Notes: generated by a model not told the origin, from the sequence alone. 63,627 nt of DNA, filler included, from Octopus bimaculoides (GCF_001194135.2; 5 parts of 4 records of this genome joined end to end with filler, not necessarily neighbours in it), one strand, 5' to 3'. Counted from the first letter of the whole stretch, positions 11,990-23,560 are shown. Program-made: numbers and translations.

Positions 11990-12960
11990 TTTTACATCCC
12001 TAGGAGTAAATAGAATTCCGACAACTGATAAAGGGTCCTTTCTCTGTGTTTACTTGTCTTGTTTTCCATTTTTTTCTCTCGTTGTTTACGTATTTCATGT
12101 TGTTTGCACAGTTGGTGGCATCCTGTACCCAATAGAAGATAAGAGAATTTTAGTAATCACGACAATTGTTACGACACATCTAGCATGATCCCTCACGGGT
12201 GGGACGCTTAATAACTGATTCAGGAGCAGCCGGTGGTGCAGATGTGTCTCTTCGGATAATAACTAGATGTAACTCGTTAAAATAACAGTTCTGCAATATT
12301 TCTTCTCATTTCGGAGAGCAACATTGTTACGATAACGATTCTTAAATAAATCAGCCGTCTGCCCAATGTAGACATACAACCCTCTCCTTGTATGCACGGT
12401 ACATCTATATACAAGATTTGTATTCATATAGAGGTTCATCAATGGGCATTTTGATTTTTCTCTGCATGAGCATTTATCAAATTTATTTGTACATATGGCA
12501 GTTTTGACTTCACTCTCCGATATTGTTACCATAGATCCAGTAGGTAGATTATTGAACTGTTGTCGCATTTTGCTATCGTTTACGCGATGCATATGCTGCT
12601 CTAAATTAGCAGAGTTAGCGTAGGATACCTTCACGGTGTGCCGATTAAAAATAACATGGTATCTATTAGATTTAGGAAAACATTTGTCCAAAGCGGTATC
12701 AAATTTTCCGGCGATCTTGGTTGAAAAATGCGAACCGAAAATTGGGCTGAACCAGAGAACATCATGATTTCTATATTTGTTGTTTGACTTACTTGATCTA
12801 GTGTGTTGTACAGGATTGGAAATATTTACTGTGTTATGAGCAGTTGGATTATTGTGTCGTGTGTATCTATGAGTTTTCGTTGGTAGTTCATTGCCTTGAA
12901 TAATTCTTCCTGGCCTGTATTCTCGATCTGAGTGAGTTCTCATACCATAACGTTGTGAAG
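11990..12960 (-). mobile_element. Penelope-like element C-terminus with GIY-YIG endonuclease and 3' terminal region (family 2)
   Basis: ORF 12263-12943: VLWFSPIF...IFNRHTVKVSY...CSCREKSKCPL...LVYRCTV...YIGQTADLFKNRYRNN. This gives the PLE linker, CxC-C zinc knuckle and GIY-YIG bipartite motif. Confidence 0.88.
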
Positions 12961-13094
12961 GTGTACAATGTATATTATTATTGGAGGAATTAACAGTGTT
13001 GTGTATGCTTGCATCTTGTAGATACTGAATTTTCTCACGGTACCCAGCCCTAGCTAAAGTAGCATGTGATTCGAAAAGTTTTCTAGATATACAT

Positions 13095-13255
13095 GCGGCG
13101 GGCTTGTTTCAGTTTCCGTACCAAATTCACTCACAAGGATTTGGTCGGCCTAAGGCTACAGAATAAGACACTTGCACAAGATTCCACGTAGTGGGATTGA
13201 ACCTAGAAGCATATAGTTGGGAAGCAAGCTTCTCACCAAAGAGCCGCGCCTGAGC
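13095..13255 (-). mobile_element. SINE family B head module
   Basis: Reverse complement of 'ggctgtgtggtaag..gcttgcttcccaac...ggttcagtcccactgcgtggcaccttgggcaagtgtctt...gacggaaactgaaagaagcccg'. Confidence 0.8.
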
Positions 13256-13371
13256 GTTTATCTTTTATATGTTTCAGTCTTCAGATAGCGGCCATACTGG
13301 GTCACAGCCTTAAAGAATTTTAATCGAACGAAATGACTCCTGTACTTATTTCTTTTAAGCCTGGTAGTAGT

Positions 13372-13872
13372 GATGATGGATTATCTTGGCAAAGCGCACT
13401 ACAATTAATGGGGAATATTATGCTTCTCTGCAGCAGAAATTGCAGGATGCCATCAAAGCAGAGAGGTGTGGCATGCTGATCAAAGTAGTCCGCCTCTTTC
13501 AAGACAACGCCCCAGTTCACAATGTTCATGTTGCCCAGATGAAAGCACACTCCTGCTGCTATGAAATCCTTCCTTATCCCCTTTACTCTCCCGACCTCGC
13601 ACCATCTGACTTCCACCTCTTTCCAACCATAAAGTCTTTCTTGAAGGGGAAGCACTTTTCAGATGATGAACTTATTTCCGCGGTAAAGTCTTAGCTCCAG
13701 ATGCAATCTACCAACTTCTACAGACGAAGTCTTCATAGCTGCATAAAGCGATGGGAGAAGTGTGTCACTATTAGTGGTGGCTATGTAGAAAAGGGCTGAT
13801 AATTATACTAAATTTCGTTTATCCCAGTCCTTGGGAAGTGGGTCAGGGGAAATCTTTAATGAACACCCCTCG
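13372..13872 (+). mobile_element. mariner (DD34D) transposase 3' fragment with right TIR
   Basis: TINGEYY...FQDNAPVH-(34 aa between the Ds)-YSPDLAPSDFHLF...KRWEKCV...GGYVEKG*. Ends in gaacacccctcg, the reverse complement of a CGAGGGG-type mariner TIR. Confidence 0.93.
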
Positions 13873-13939
13873 TGTATACACACATATATACATACATATA
13901 TATATATGTGTGGGTGTATGGGTGTATGGGTGTGTGGGT

Positions 13940-14120
13940 GTGTATTTGTCCCTCCCTATTGCTTGTCAGCCGGTGATTATTTGTTTACGACCCCATAGGT
14001 TAGGGATTTGGCAAAAGTTACCGTTAGAATAAATACCAAACTTTAAAAAAACTCGATTAAAAACGCTCCAAGGCGGTACTTCAGCATGGTCGCAGTCTAA
14101 AGACTGGAATAAGTAAAGGA
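13940..14120 (+). mobile_element. 3' module of the composite SINE (family B/C)
   Basis: 'gtttacgacccc...ggcaaaag...tagaataaatacca...cagcatggtcgcagtctaaagactgg', homologous to the other copies. Confidence 0.7.
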
Positions 14121-14959
14121 TAATAGCACTAGCTTTACATATTCCTTTTTATAAATCACAGAGTGGATTTTGCCCGTGACATACAACCACCATGCTTCTA
14201 GAATCAACAATTTGCTAGAAATAGTAGCCAAATATTTTCCAAACCACACTGATTGTCTTAAAAAAACACGAGAGAATACGTTAGTGAATAGTCGTGGATA
14301 TCAAAAAGCGGTGATGTCACGGATGGAACGTTTGCAATAATTCTCTGTAATTTTTGGCCAGCAATTTTGAGAGGAGGTGAAAGTCGATCAGATTCCACTA
14401 CTTGACTGGTTTTTTATTTTAACGAGTTCGAAAGGACGAATGATAAAGTCAACCTCGGCAGTAAATCGGAAGAAATACCGTTAGACATTTTGTACGACGC
14501 TCTAACAGTTCTACAGGCTTGCTGTCTTATGCTTGTAATTCTAAAGCCATTCGACTGAGGCTCAACACACTACCACAGAATGTCATACAAGAGATACAGG
14601 AGGTTTAAGCAACAAGAAAGCCCACACACCAACGAAGAAGCCCCTGAATGGTCGGTCAGTCTGCTAGACATAGCAGTCAAATTTCCTTTCTCTTCCGTTC
14701 CCAATTATACCGTACCATCTTAAAAAAAGAAAACTAATACATGAATAATGTTTAGATATACTAAAAGGCGGAATGGCCATAGCTAGCGTACATTAAATCA
14801 TTTTTATTGTTAAGGATTCCTATTGTTATAATTGAAGTTTAACAAATAAGAATAACACTTAAAATAATACACAGTATTCTACTTAATGTCAGCATCAATA
14901 AAGCTTTTGACTTACTTCTCCGATATCTACTTGTACAGAAAATACTTAACTCCGCTTAC

Positions 14960-15120
14960 AACAGGCATAGCTGTGCTGTAAAAAGTTTGTTTCCCAGAAA
15001 TATAGGTGCTTGTTCAGTTCCACTGCGTGATACTTTAGCCAAATGTCTTCGACTGTAGCTACAGGTTGACCAAAATTTTGTTAGTGGATTTAGTTGACAG
15101 GCACTGAAAGAAGTCTATCA
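14960..15120 (+). mobile_element. SINE family B head module (decayed)
   Basis: 'gcatagctgtgctgtaaaaagtttgtttccc...ttcagttccactgcgtg...gcactgaaagaagtc'. Confidence 0.7.
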
Positions 15121-15128
15121 TATATATA

Positions 15129-15886
15129 CAGGGTGTGATGGGTAAATTGTCGCCCATTTTATATTTGTAATTTCGCGCACGCACATTGTCGTTTCATTTT
15201 GTCGACTACACAGTATAGTAGGGTCAGATGGGTACTGTCTGTGAGAAAAACAGCACCATGACGCAATTCACTCTGCCAGAAATTTGGAAACGACATGCTG
15301 TACTGCTTGGCATTCGTGCCGGAAGCTCCAAAACGAAGCGCAGGAAGCTCCAATACGAACATGTACCGCGAGTGGTAAAAATCCATTCACCATCATGGTG
15401 TTTAGAGTGACAACTAGTGATGGCGACGTTATACCTCCATTCATCTTTCCACACGGCCTCAGACTCAATACAGAGACCTACATCAAGTGCCTGGAGGAGG
15501 TAGTGCTTCCCAGGGTGAAGAGGGTGGCTGCTGGAAGACCCTATGTCTGGCAACAAGACTCTGCACTATGCCACACAAGCTGGAGAACCCAGTCATGACT
15601 ATCAGACAATTTCTGCGGCCACATCATCCCTAACATCTGATCGTCTAACTCCCCAATTGCAACACCCTTGATGATTATGTGTGGGGCGCAGTTGAGCGAG
15701 AGACCAACTAAAGTCCTTGTAACACCAAAGATGAACTGAAGGAAAGGATTATGGCAGCATTCACCAACCTAATCAAGGAGACCGTCCGGAAGACTTGCAA
15801 GAGATTCCAAAGTCGTCTGGAGGCCGTGGTTGAAGCCAATGGCGATTTTATTGAATAAATTTACTCTTTAGTATTTCAAGATATTT
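15129..15886 (+). mobile_element. Internally deleted Tc1/mariner-superfamily transposon, DD37D (maT-type)
   Basis: TA|CAGGGTG left end. WQQDSALCHTSWRTQS*LSDNFCGHIIPNI*SSNSP(frameshift)CNTLDDYVWGAVE gives D37D spacing after repairing a 1-bp deletion. C-terminus ...RLEAVVEANGDFIE*. Confidence 0.85.
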
Positions 15887-15888
15887 TA

Positions 15889-16155
15889 TGGGTGTTCAAA
15901 AAGTCTCTCCACAGTGAATGTTATGTTTCATCCTGACTCTAAGAGAGTCAGACACTCTCTCCAAGATGTATATCAAAACATGTGTAGAAGAGTCTGCTTA
16001 TGTATTGAAAATGAAGGACGATACTTTCAACACCTCTTATAAAGTTTTTTAAAGACTTGTAAAGTCCAGTATATTCTTTTGTAGCCTTATACCATCTTAT
16101 AAATATTTATTTTGCAATAAAATACTTACTGCGGAAAGACATTTTGAACATCCTG
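15889..16155. mobile_element. Tc1/mariner-type MITE (~267 bp)
   Basis: Imperfect ~25-bp TIRs tgggtgttcaaaaagtctctccac / gcggaaagacattttgaacatcctg, TA on both sides. Confidence 0.7.
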
Positions 16156-16412
16156 TATATGCTAAAACGAGATGTCAGTGTTATCTTTATTTTTGCGCGA
16201 TATAGACGACAGTTTATTCACCGCCCCCGGTGTCTATAAGCAGTAAAAGGGATTAAAAATCTTGGCAGATATCAATAAAGCACTCAGTGTTAAATGACCT
16301 TGGTAAACTATTTCAAAGAATGAGACACTAATAAATGCAAGTAGAATAAACATCCATGGTAATTACTCGTATGGAAAAAGGAGACATGAAATATGGTTAC
16401 GTTTAGTCTGAA

Positions 16413-16463
<51 letters not shown>

Positions 16464-16545
16464 AAATTAACAGAAAATAAAAGACGTAGACAGGTAAAGG
16501 AACAACAAGCAGGTGTATTAGTTTAACGCTCGGGAAGAATGGAAA

Positions 16546-16587
16546 AGTCTTTGACGTTTCGAGCATACGCTCTTCGACAGAAAGGCT
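16546..16587 (-). ncRNA. Minimal type I hammerhead-ribozyme-like motif (variant core CUGUCGA)
   Basis: Minus strand reads AGCCTTT CTGTCGA A GAGC-GTAT-GCTC GAAA CG TC AAAGACT. Stem I pairs 6 of 7, stem II 4 bp, and GAAACGUC gives a palindromic minimal stem III. Confidence 0.6.
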
Positions 16588-16799
16588 AAAGATGAAGAAA
16601 AGCAGCGGAGAGAGAACAAAAGGGGGTGGGGAAACGGATAGAGAAAGAATGTGTAGGGATTAACGGTTTAACATGATGAAATGACCGGAAACGAGATGCT
16701 GAATGAAAGGGAGAAATGAAGCTGTTACTGGAAAAGGATACATAAAATATCGTTAAATTTAACCCCGAACACACCCTCTCCCTATATATATAGTGGCTT

Positions 16800-18824
16800 C
16801 CCTCCCCTCCCTCATCCACGACACTAACCATGCTTGCCGTCTCTTTAACTGTTTCTTCTTTCCTTCTGGCCCCACTCAATTCACTGGTCCCACTCCCTAA
16901 CTATACGGTCGTTATATCAATGACTGTATCGGCGCGACCTCACTCTCCCGCGAACAACTAAACTCCTTCCTCTCTTTTGTCCAATCCTTCCATCCTGCAC
17001 TCGAATTCTCCTGCGCCATCTCTAACTCTTCCGTCGAATTTCTCGACATTTCTGTCAGAATACACCTCACCGCTCTCATTACCTCCATCCACTACAAACA
17101 CTGACTCACACTCCTACCTTAAATTATCCTCCTTCCACCCTACCCACACCAAGCTCTCTATTTCCTACTGCCAGTTCCTCCATCTGCGCGGGCTCTGCAG
17201 TGACAACCATGACTTCAGACTCAGTTTCAACTCTTGGCACGCCACTTCATCTTACGCGAATATCACCTCACCACTGTCCACACTGCCCTTGTCAGGGGAC
17301 GATCTGTGGACCGTGTCTCTGCTCTTGCTCCTCGCACCTGCCCCGTCGTTGCCCGTCTCCCGCTTCCTCTCACCTATAACCCTCATCCCTGCCCCCCTAA
17401 CACCCATTCTCCGAGCCTTCCAGCGACTCCAGTCCGATCTCTCCACCTCACATATCTTTCCCAACCTACCCCTTCCTTCTTTCATATAAGCCTATAATCT
17501 GCCTGACCTCCTGGTCCACAGTTTCTTCCCTAACCCCACTTCCCAGCCCGGCTTGTTGCTCTGCTCCCGCCCACGCTGTCGCACCTGCCCTTACCTCTCC
17601 AACACCACCATCCTCACCGGTACCCATCACCGTACCTATCACATCACCGATTCCTTTACCTGCACTTCTAGTAACATCATTTACTGCATCTCCTACTCTC
17701 TCTGTCCTTCCCTGTATATCAGTCAAACGGGACGCCACTCGGCCGCCCGGTTTGCAGAGTAACTCCGAGATATCAGATTCGGCAATGACACCCCGGTCTC
17801 GCTCCATTTCCGCTCTACTGGTCAATCGCTACATCTGTCTCTGTTCGGACTGTCTTTGCACAGTGGCCATCCAGACTTTCGCCTTTGCCGTGAACTGGAA
17901 TTAATCTTTTCTCTTCGCTCCTTTGCTCCACATGGACGCAACCCACCTTTCTCTTCATCTGACACCAACCTCATCTCCTCTCTTCATTTGATACCAACCC
18001 CACACCACTCTTCACACACCAGCATTGACCACTTCCCAGCACCCACACTACACACCATCATCTACACACCCACACAATCTTCAATAGCGTCACCCCACGT
18101 ACCACTAGGAGCAGCCACATACACTGTTAAACTCAGTACACAGACCATACGCTATCATGCACACTCCCGCACCCACACAAGCACATAATACCCGAAAACA
18201 GAATATATATACTCTCACACCCACACAAGCACATAATATCTGAACACAGGCTATATATACATATACACTCTACACGCTTTAACACACGCAACATACATAG
18301 ACAAAGATAACTTTCGCCCATATATATACTCCGTACACATGCACACAGTTTGGCCGCACTCACATACACACAGGTGTGATTACATCTCATGAAAAACCAC
18401 TCATCAACTTCTACACAAGGCACCTTTGAATGAACTGCACATGGAATTTACGTCTCTGCACTACCCACTTGTAATAACAAAATATGAACTCCTATCAGAA
18501 TCTACATACCATGGACAAAAAGCATTTCTACCCATTCTTCACTACACCTTCCTTAGATAATGGAACTGCAACTGTAACATCCTACATATATTTTTACTTT
18601 TATATTTATTCCCTTATTTCCTTTTATACTTCCTATATACATCGTTTTCCAAAATAACTCCTTATATTGAACTCTACTATTTCCCTCTAGTTAACTCTCT
18701 CATATCGTCGCTGATGAAGGGATATCCCTAATATCCCAGAAACAGCTGTAAGACTACCATTATCTTTAATAAATGTCCTATAAATTCCACACAGGCTTGG
18801 TTTTGTTGTCTCATTTTATTTAAC
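16800..18824 (+). mobile_element. Penelope-like element 3' half (RT C-terminus, GIY-YIG, 3' terminal repeat region; family 3), frameshifted
   Basis: LYGRYINDCIG (RYxDD-type motif); TDSHSYL...HPTHTKLSISYCQFL; CSRPRCRTCP...FTCTSSNIIYCISYSLCPSLYISQTGR...RFAE*LRDI. Downstream are a hammerhead-like motif (18707) and AATAAA (~18770). Confidence 0.92.
18707..18754 (+). ncRNA. Type I hammerhead-ribozyme-like motif in the PLE 3' terminal region
   Basis: GTCG CTGATGA A GGGATAT-CCCTA-ATATCCC A GAAA C-AGCT-G TA AGAC. Intact CUGAUGA and GAAA, 7-bp stem II, palindromic stem III, UA cleavage site at 18749-18750, stem I pairing 3 of 4. Confidence 0.7.
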
Positions 18825-18956
18825 ATATACACGCTCATAGAAGACCCGCATTAGACTCCTCACTCGTATTATTATCGAACAGAGAGTCTAACTACGGTCA
18901 TCCCGTAGCACTTACATCGCCTTACCTGCCAACTTGGGTCTTTCGGATACCGATAC

Positions 18957-18989
<33 letters not shown>

Positions 18990-19177
18990 CATACAAATAA
19001 TGAATGAGTATATGCATATATACGTACATGTATGTACATACCTACATCTACCTGTATATATAGATGCATATCTGGGTACAGGACGTTGCAAATAAAACGT
19101 AGACAAAATGATAAACAAAGTACAGAAAACACACAGGCCACATAGAGAATATTTCCTTCATCAGCTGCCACCATTCT
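18990..19177 (-). repeat. Dispersed repeat, inverted copy of 54744-54935
   Basis: 'gctgatgaaggaaa..ttctctatgtggcctgtgtg...gtcctgtacccagatatgca' is shared at high identity by eye. Confidence 0.85.
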
Positions 19178-19570
19178 NNNNNNNNNNNNNNNNNNNNNNN
19201 NNNNNNNNNNNNNNNNNNNNNNNNNNNNNNNNNNNNNNNNNNNNNNNNNNNNNNNNNNNNNNNNNNNNNNNNNNNNNNNNNNNNNNNNNNNNNNNNNNNN
19301 NNNNNNNNNNNNNNNNNNNNNNNNNNNNNNNNNNNNNNNNNNNNNNNNNNNNNNNNNNNNNNNNNNNNNNNNNNNNNNNNNNNNNNNNNNNNNNNNNNNN
19401 NNNNNNNNNNNNNNNNNNNNNNNNNNNNNNNNNNNNNNNNNNNNNNNNNNNNNNNNNNNNNNNNNNNNNNNNNNNNNNNNNNNNNNNNNNNNNNNNNNNN
19501 NNNNNNNNNNNNNNNNNNNNNNNNNNNNNNNNNNNNNNNNNAAAGTATTATTATAGTTGTGATAAATATA

Positions 19571-20043
19571 TTGGGCCAGCCCATAAATAATGCGGTTTTT
19601 TTCATTCTTTTATTTTTCAAAATTAAGGTTGACAAAGTTCTTTTTTAATCTAAAATATACTCTCCTTCATTTTCTACATTGCTCTTCCATCTATCTGGTA
19701 GACGTGCAAGGGCCATCTTCCAAAATTCACTTGTCCCTTATGCTTATTGTTCAATCCCTATATACTGCATTAATATTACTCTCACTTCCGGTTGCGTTGT
19801 TGCCTTTATTGAACTCATAAAACAAAATATGCTGAATATGATCCTTCGTCACTTCCATTATAGCTTTGATAAAATAACTATTAAAATCGAACTGCACTCT
19901 TCAAAACTTGCAATAAGAATAAGGATAAGGTAAAATTACCACTTGCTTTTATAGCAAGTTGATGCAGGTAGTTGATCCCGTACCCCTCAAACTTTTAGTT
20001 CATGCAATTGAAAAAAAGCCGTATTATTTATGAGATGGCCCAA
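19571..20043 (-). mobile_element. Internally deleted (non-autonomous) mariner, 473 bp
   Basis: TIRs TTGGGCCAGCCCATAAATAATGCGG / TTGGGCCATCTCATAAATAATACGG (reverse complement), TA TSD at both ends. Minus strand has the N-terminus MEVTKDHIQHILFYEFNKGNNAT fused to the C-terminus LARLPDRWKSNVENEGEYILD*. Confidence 0.92.
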
Positions 20044-20248
20044 TATTATGATTAATGACACTGAAAATATCGAAAATGAGACTAATTAATTTAAAGTGCT
20101 AATAATTTTAATGAATTAAGTATAGCATAGATATGCAACTTACTATATNNNNNNNNNNNNNNNNNNNNNNNNNNNNNNNNNNNNNNNNNNNNNNNNNNNN
20201 NNNNNNNNNNNNNNNNNNNNNNNNNNNNNNNNNNNNNNNNNNNNNNNN

Positions 20249-20285
<37 letters not shown>

Positions 20286-20864
20286 CACACACGTACACAC
20301 ATACATACACAGTGGTTCGGGAACGAAATTTGCTTAGGGGTTGCAAACTCAGGTCCAAATTTTTTTACAAGCAAGGCCGATAAACACAGGTATAATGATA
20401 AATTTTTATCATTATATATGGAAAAGTAATGCTTCAAATCATTCCAAAAAATGTTCTATTCTCGCATGTTTTGTTGATGAAATTTTTCAAGAGGTTGTCC
20501 AAAGTATTTTCATTGCACAAGATTTTATGTACATGCATTACAGCACAGCGTATAAGACTGTGTTGCATCATTGTGGTATGGAGTCAGGTCTTCAAACAGC
20601 GAAGTGTACTGAACATGCTCTCGCTTGATACAACAGACACAGGCTTTCAACATGACGACCGCTCCTGATTGTGGAGATTAACAGGCCATCAATTGTTCTA
20701 GTATTGAAGAGTGACTTCCAATGCTGATCTTGTTGCTGTTGCAATTGTTTAGGTGTGGGAGGGGTGGTAGCAGTAGAACATGATGACAATGATGATGATG
20801 GGTCATTGTGATATTCCGAAGAAACGAAGAAATGATTAGATGAACGGTTGATTATGGGGATGAC

Positions 20865-21634
20865 CTACTTCCTGGGAAGTTCCGATGTTTTCCTGGAAAG
20901 TTCCGAGGATGAGCTCCTTCCTGGAAAGTCCCGAGGGTTTACTGAAAAGTTCCGAGGGTTTAGTGGAAAGTTCTGAGAATGAGCTACTTCCTGGAAAATT
21001 CCGAGGGTTTCCTTGGATGTTCCGCGGATGAGCTACTTCCTGAAAAGTTGCGAGGTTGGTACATCCTGGAAAGTTTCGAGGATTTCCTGGAAACTTCCGA
21101 TGATGAGCTAATTCCGATGAATTCCTGGAAAGTCCCATCCTCGGAACTTTCAAGGAAGTAGCTCATCCTCAGAAATTTCCAGGAAATCCACGGAATTTTC
21201 CAGGAAATCCCATCCTCAAAATTTCTAGGAAGTAGCTCACCCTCGGAACTTCCCACGAAATCCTCGGAACTTTTGGTTCTAACGTATGTATGTACGTACA
21301 TACGTACGTTCGTTCTTTCGGTCGTTCTTTCGTTCGTTCGTTCGTACGTTCGTTCTTCCATTTCGTTCGTTCTTCCTTTCGTTAGTACGTACGTACGTAC
21401 GTACGTACGTTCGTCTATTTTTTGGTACGTATGTACGTTCGTTCGCTCGTTCGTTTGTTCGTACGTACGGATGTATGAACGTACGTTCGTTTGTACGTTC
21501 GTTCGTTCCTCCATTCGTACTTACTTACGTTCGTTCGTTTGTTCGTACGTACGTACTTACGTTCGTTCTGTATTTCGTACGTACGTATCTACGTCCTTTC
21601 GTTTGTTCTTTCGTTCGTTCGTTCGTTCTTTCTT
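20865..21634. repeat. Second composite satellite block: 21/27-bp minisatellite with an internal orientation flip, then (TTCG/TACG)n
   Basis: ttcctggaaagttccgaggat(gagcta) units run forward to ~21135, then reverse-complemented to ~21257. The 4-mer array that follows is the reverse complement of 4348-5998. Confidence 0.92.
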
Positions 21635-21734
21635 NNNNNNNNNNNNNNNNNNNNNNNNNNNNNNNNNNNNNNNNNNNNTTAATTAATTAANNNNNNNNNN
21701 NNNNNNNNNNNNNNNNNNNNNNNNNNNNNNNNNN
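21635..21734. other. Artificial 100-bp scaffold linker N44-TTAATTAATTAA-N44
   Basis: Exactly 44 N + 12 bp + 44 N. The 12-mer places stop codons in all six frames. Confidence 0.97.
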
Positions 21735-23399
21735 TGGGTAGGAGAGGTGCAGCCGGAGGGTATAAAGCTCAGAATCAAACAGTCCAGATCCAGAAGGAAA
21801 GAAGGTAGAATCCAAAAGTTGGTAGTGTTAGATTTAATTAGATTTAATTATGTTTAGGTCCAAGGTTTCTACATTTCAAGGTTCGACATCCAAGGTTGAA
21901 CACCGAATTCATAGAAGATAGATTTTATGAAGTCGAGGTTCGAAATCCACTGTCGAGATCCGAGGTTCGAAAACCGAATTTGTACTAAAATGGAAATCCG
22001 GATTTTATGATATCCAAATTTTTTGAAAAAACCAAATTTGTGTGAGGCCAATTTTGGTGAAACCAAAAACCGGGATATGGAGTCCGAATTTCTGAACTGT
22101 GTATACATGTTACTCTTGTAACTTTTGACTGAATGTCTGGTGTAGCATTTGTTTGTGTATATATTTTTGTTGTGTATATATTTGTTTGTATGTAAGCTGT
22201 TTTTATGCTGATTACTTTTTATACTTTTGTTATAATATTCTTCTTAATAATCTTCTGAATAATCCTAAACTTTAACTTTATATAATATGACAATATTGTT
22301 TTAAATATTTTACTATACTACCACATGATAAGATTTCCCCTGTTTCATTATCAGTAGTCTACTATTGGCTTGCCTCTTTAATCGTCAGCTAACATCTTGA
22401 TTTAAGATTTCCTTTACCAAAGCTCATTATATTGCTTCAAATAAATCTTGATAGTTTTTTATGACTATATCCACAAGTCCTTGTACTTTTGGCTTTAGAT
22501 ATACAAAGATTTGAAGAACTAGTCTATAAATTAAAACTGACCTCATAAAACAGTGACAAGCAAAATCTGTAACAAGTCTTCCTTCCTGATACCTTAGTAG
22601 CTTCTAAGCTGAAGTGAAGACAGCATGTTCTTTGTCTATCTCTATACCTTCTTGGAGATTTTAGGTAAAATTATACTAATGTGTCCATCTGTTTTAATTT
22701 AATTAAATTCTATGTCTTTATGCAGCTGAAGATTGCTCTGCATTTAAATTGATGTAACGATTGCATTGTTCAATTAAATGGAATTGGTTGTCTCGCGAGA
22801 GTCTATCTCTTTTAGTGTCTTATTACTTGACACGACACTGGTTCGATTTCCACTCATTTACTTTTTTTTTTTTTTCTAATATTTTCGTTGCATCTTGCAG
22901 CCTCTTCAATACTCGTCGACTATTATATATGTGTATATATATATATATTTGTGCGTGTATAAGAATTGGTGCACTGTCGCTTATGACGACGTGTGTTGCA
23001 GTTGATATGATATCAATGGAACACACGCGCACACACACACATATATATATATATATATAGTGTATACATATACGTGTGTGTGTGTGTATTTATATATTAT
23101 ATGTACATATACACTGCACAATTGAGTATGTATGCAGCAGTTAAACATTTTGGATACAAATTGAATTACCACTGTAACACGTTTTGTATGCCTTGTACTA
23201 CACTTCAATTAATTGCCATTAATTGCGCATATCATTTGCCGTTAATGGAGACGCTTTAAGATTCCATGTCACTTCTCAAACATATGTTGAAATCTGTTGA
23301 TGTTCTATGTGTAATGTTATAGCTTTGGCTCTAAACTGGCACTACGTGGGTGTTCATATATGCCGGTAGTATCGTATTAGGCACATCGACCATCATCCA

Positions 23400-23560
23400 T
23401 CATAATAATAAGAACCGCTAGAATGACGATCATCATCGTCGCCATCGTCATCATCATCATCGTCACCATTATCATCATCATCATCATCATCATCATGACC
23501 ATTATTATCATTATTCTTCTCTCCCTGCTTGTGGTCATCGTTATCATCTTCCGTTGCATT
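23400..23560. repeat. (ATC)n-rich trinucleotide tract
   Basis: catcatcatcat... with variants. Confidence 0.9.

Noticed and set aside
21860-21980. Three GGTTCGA motifs resembling Pol III B boxes, downstream of TATAAA (21761)
   Set aside because: Each misses the GTTCRANNC spacing by one base and there is no A box. The region may be an LTR fragment, but I cannot support boundaries.
22300-22650. Minus-strand frame faintly like a Gypsy gag C-terminal region (YLKPKVQGLV..LFEAI**AL..E)
   Set aside because: Too few conserved residues and many stops. It needs a profile search.
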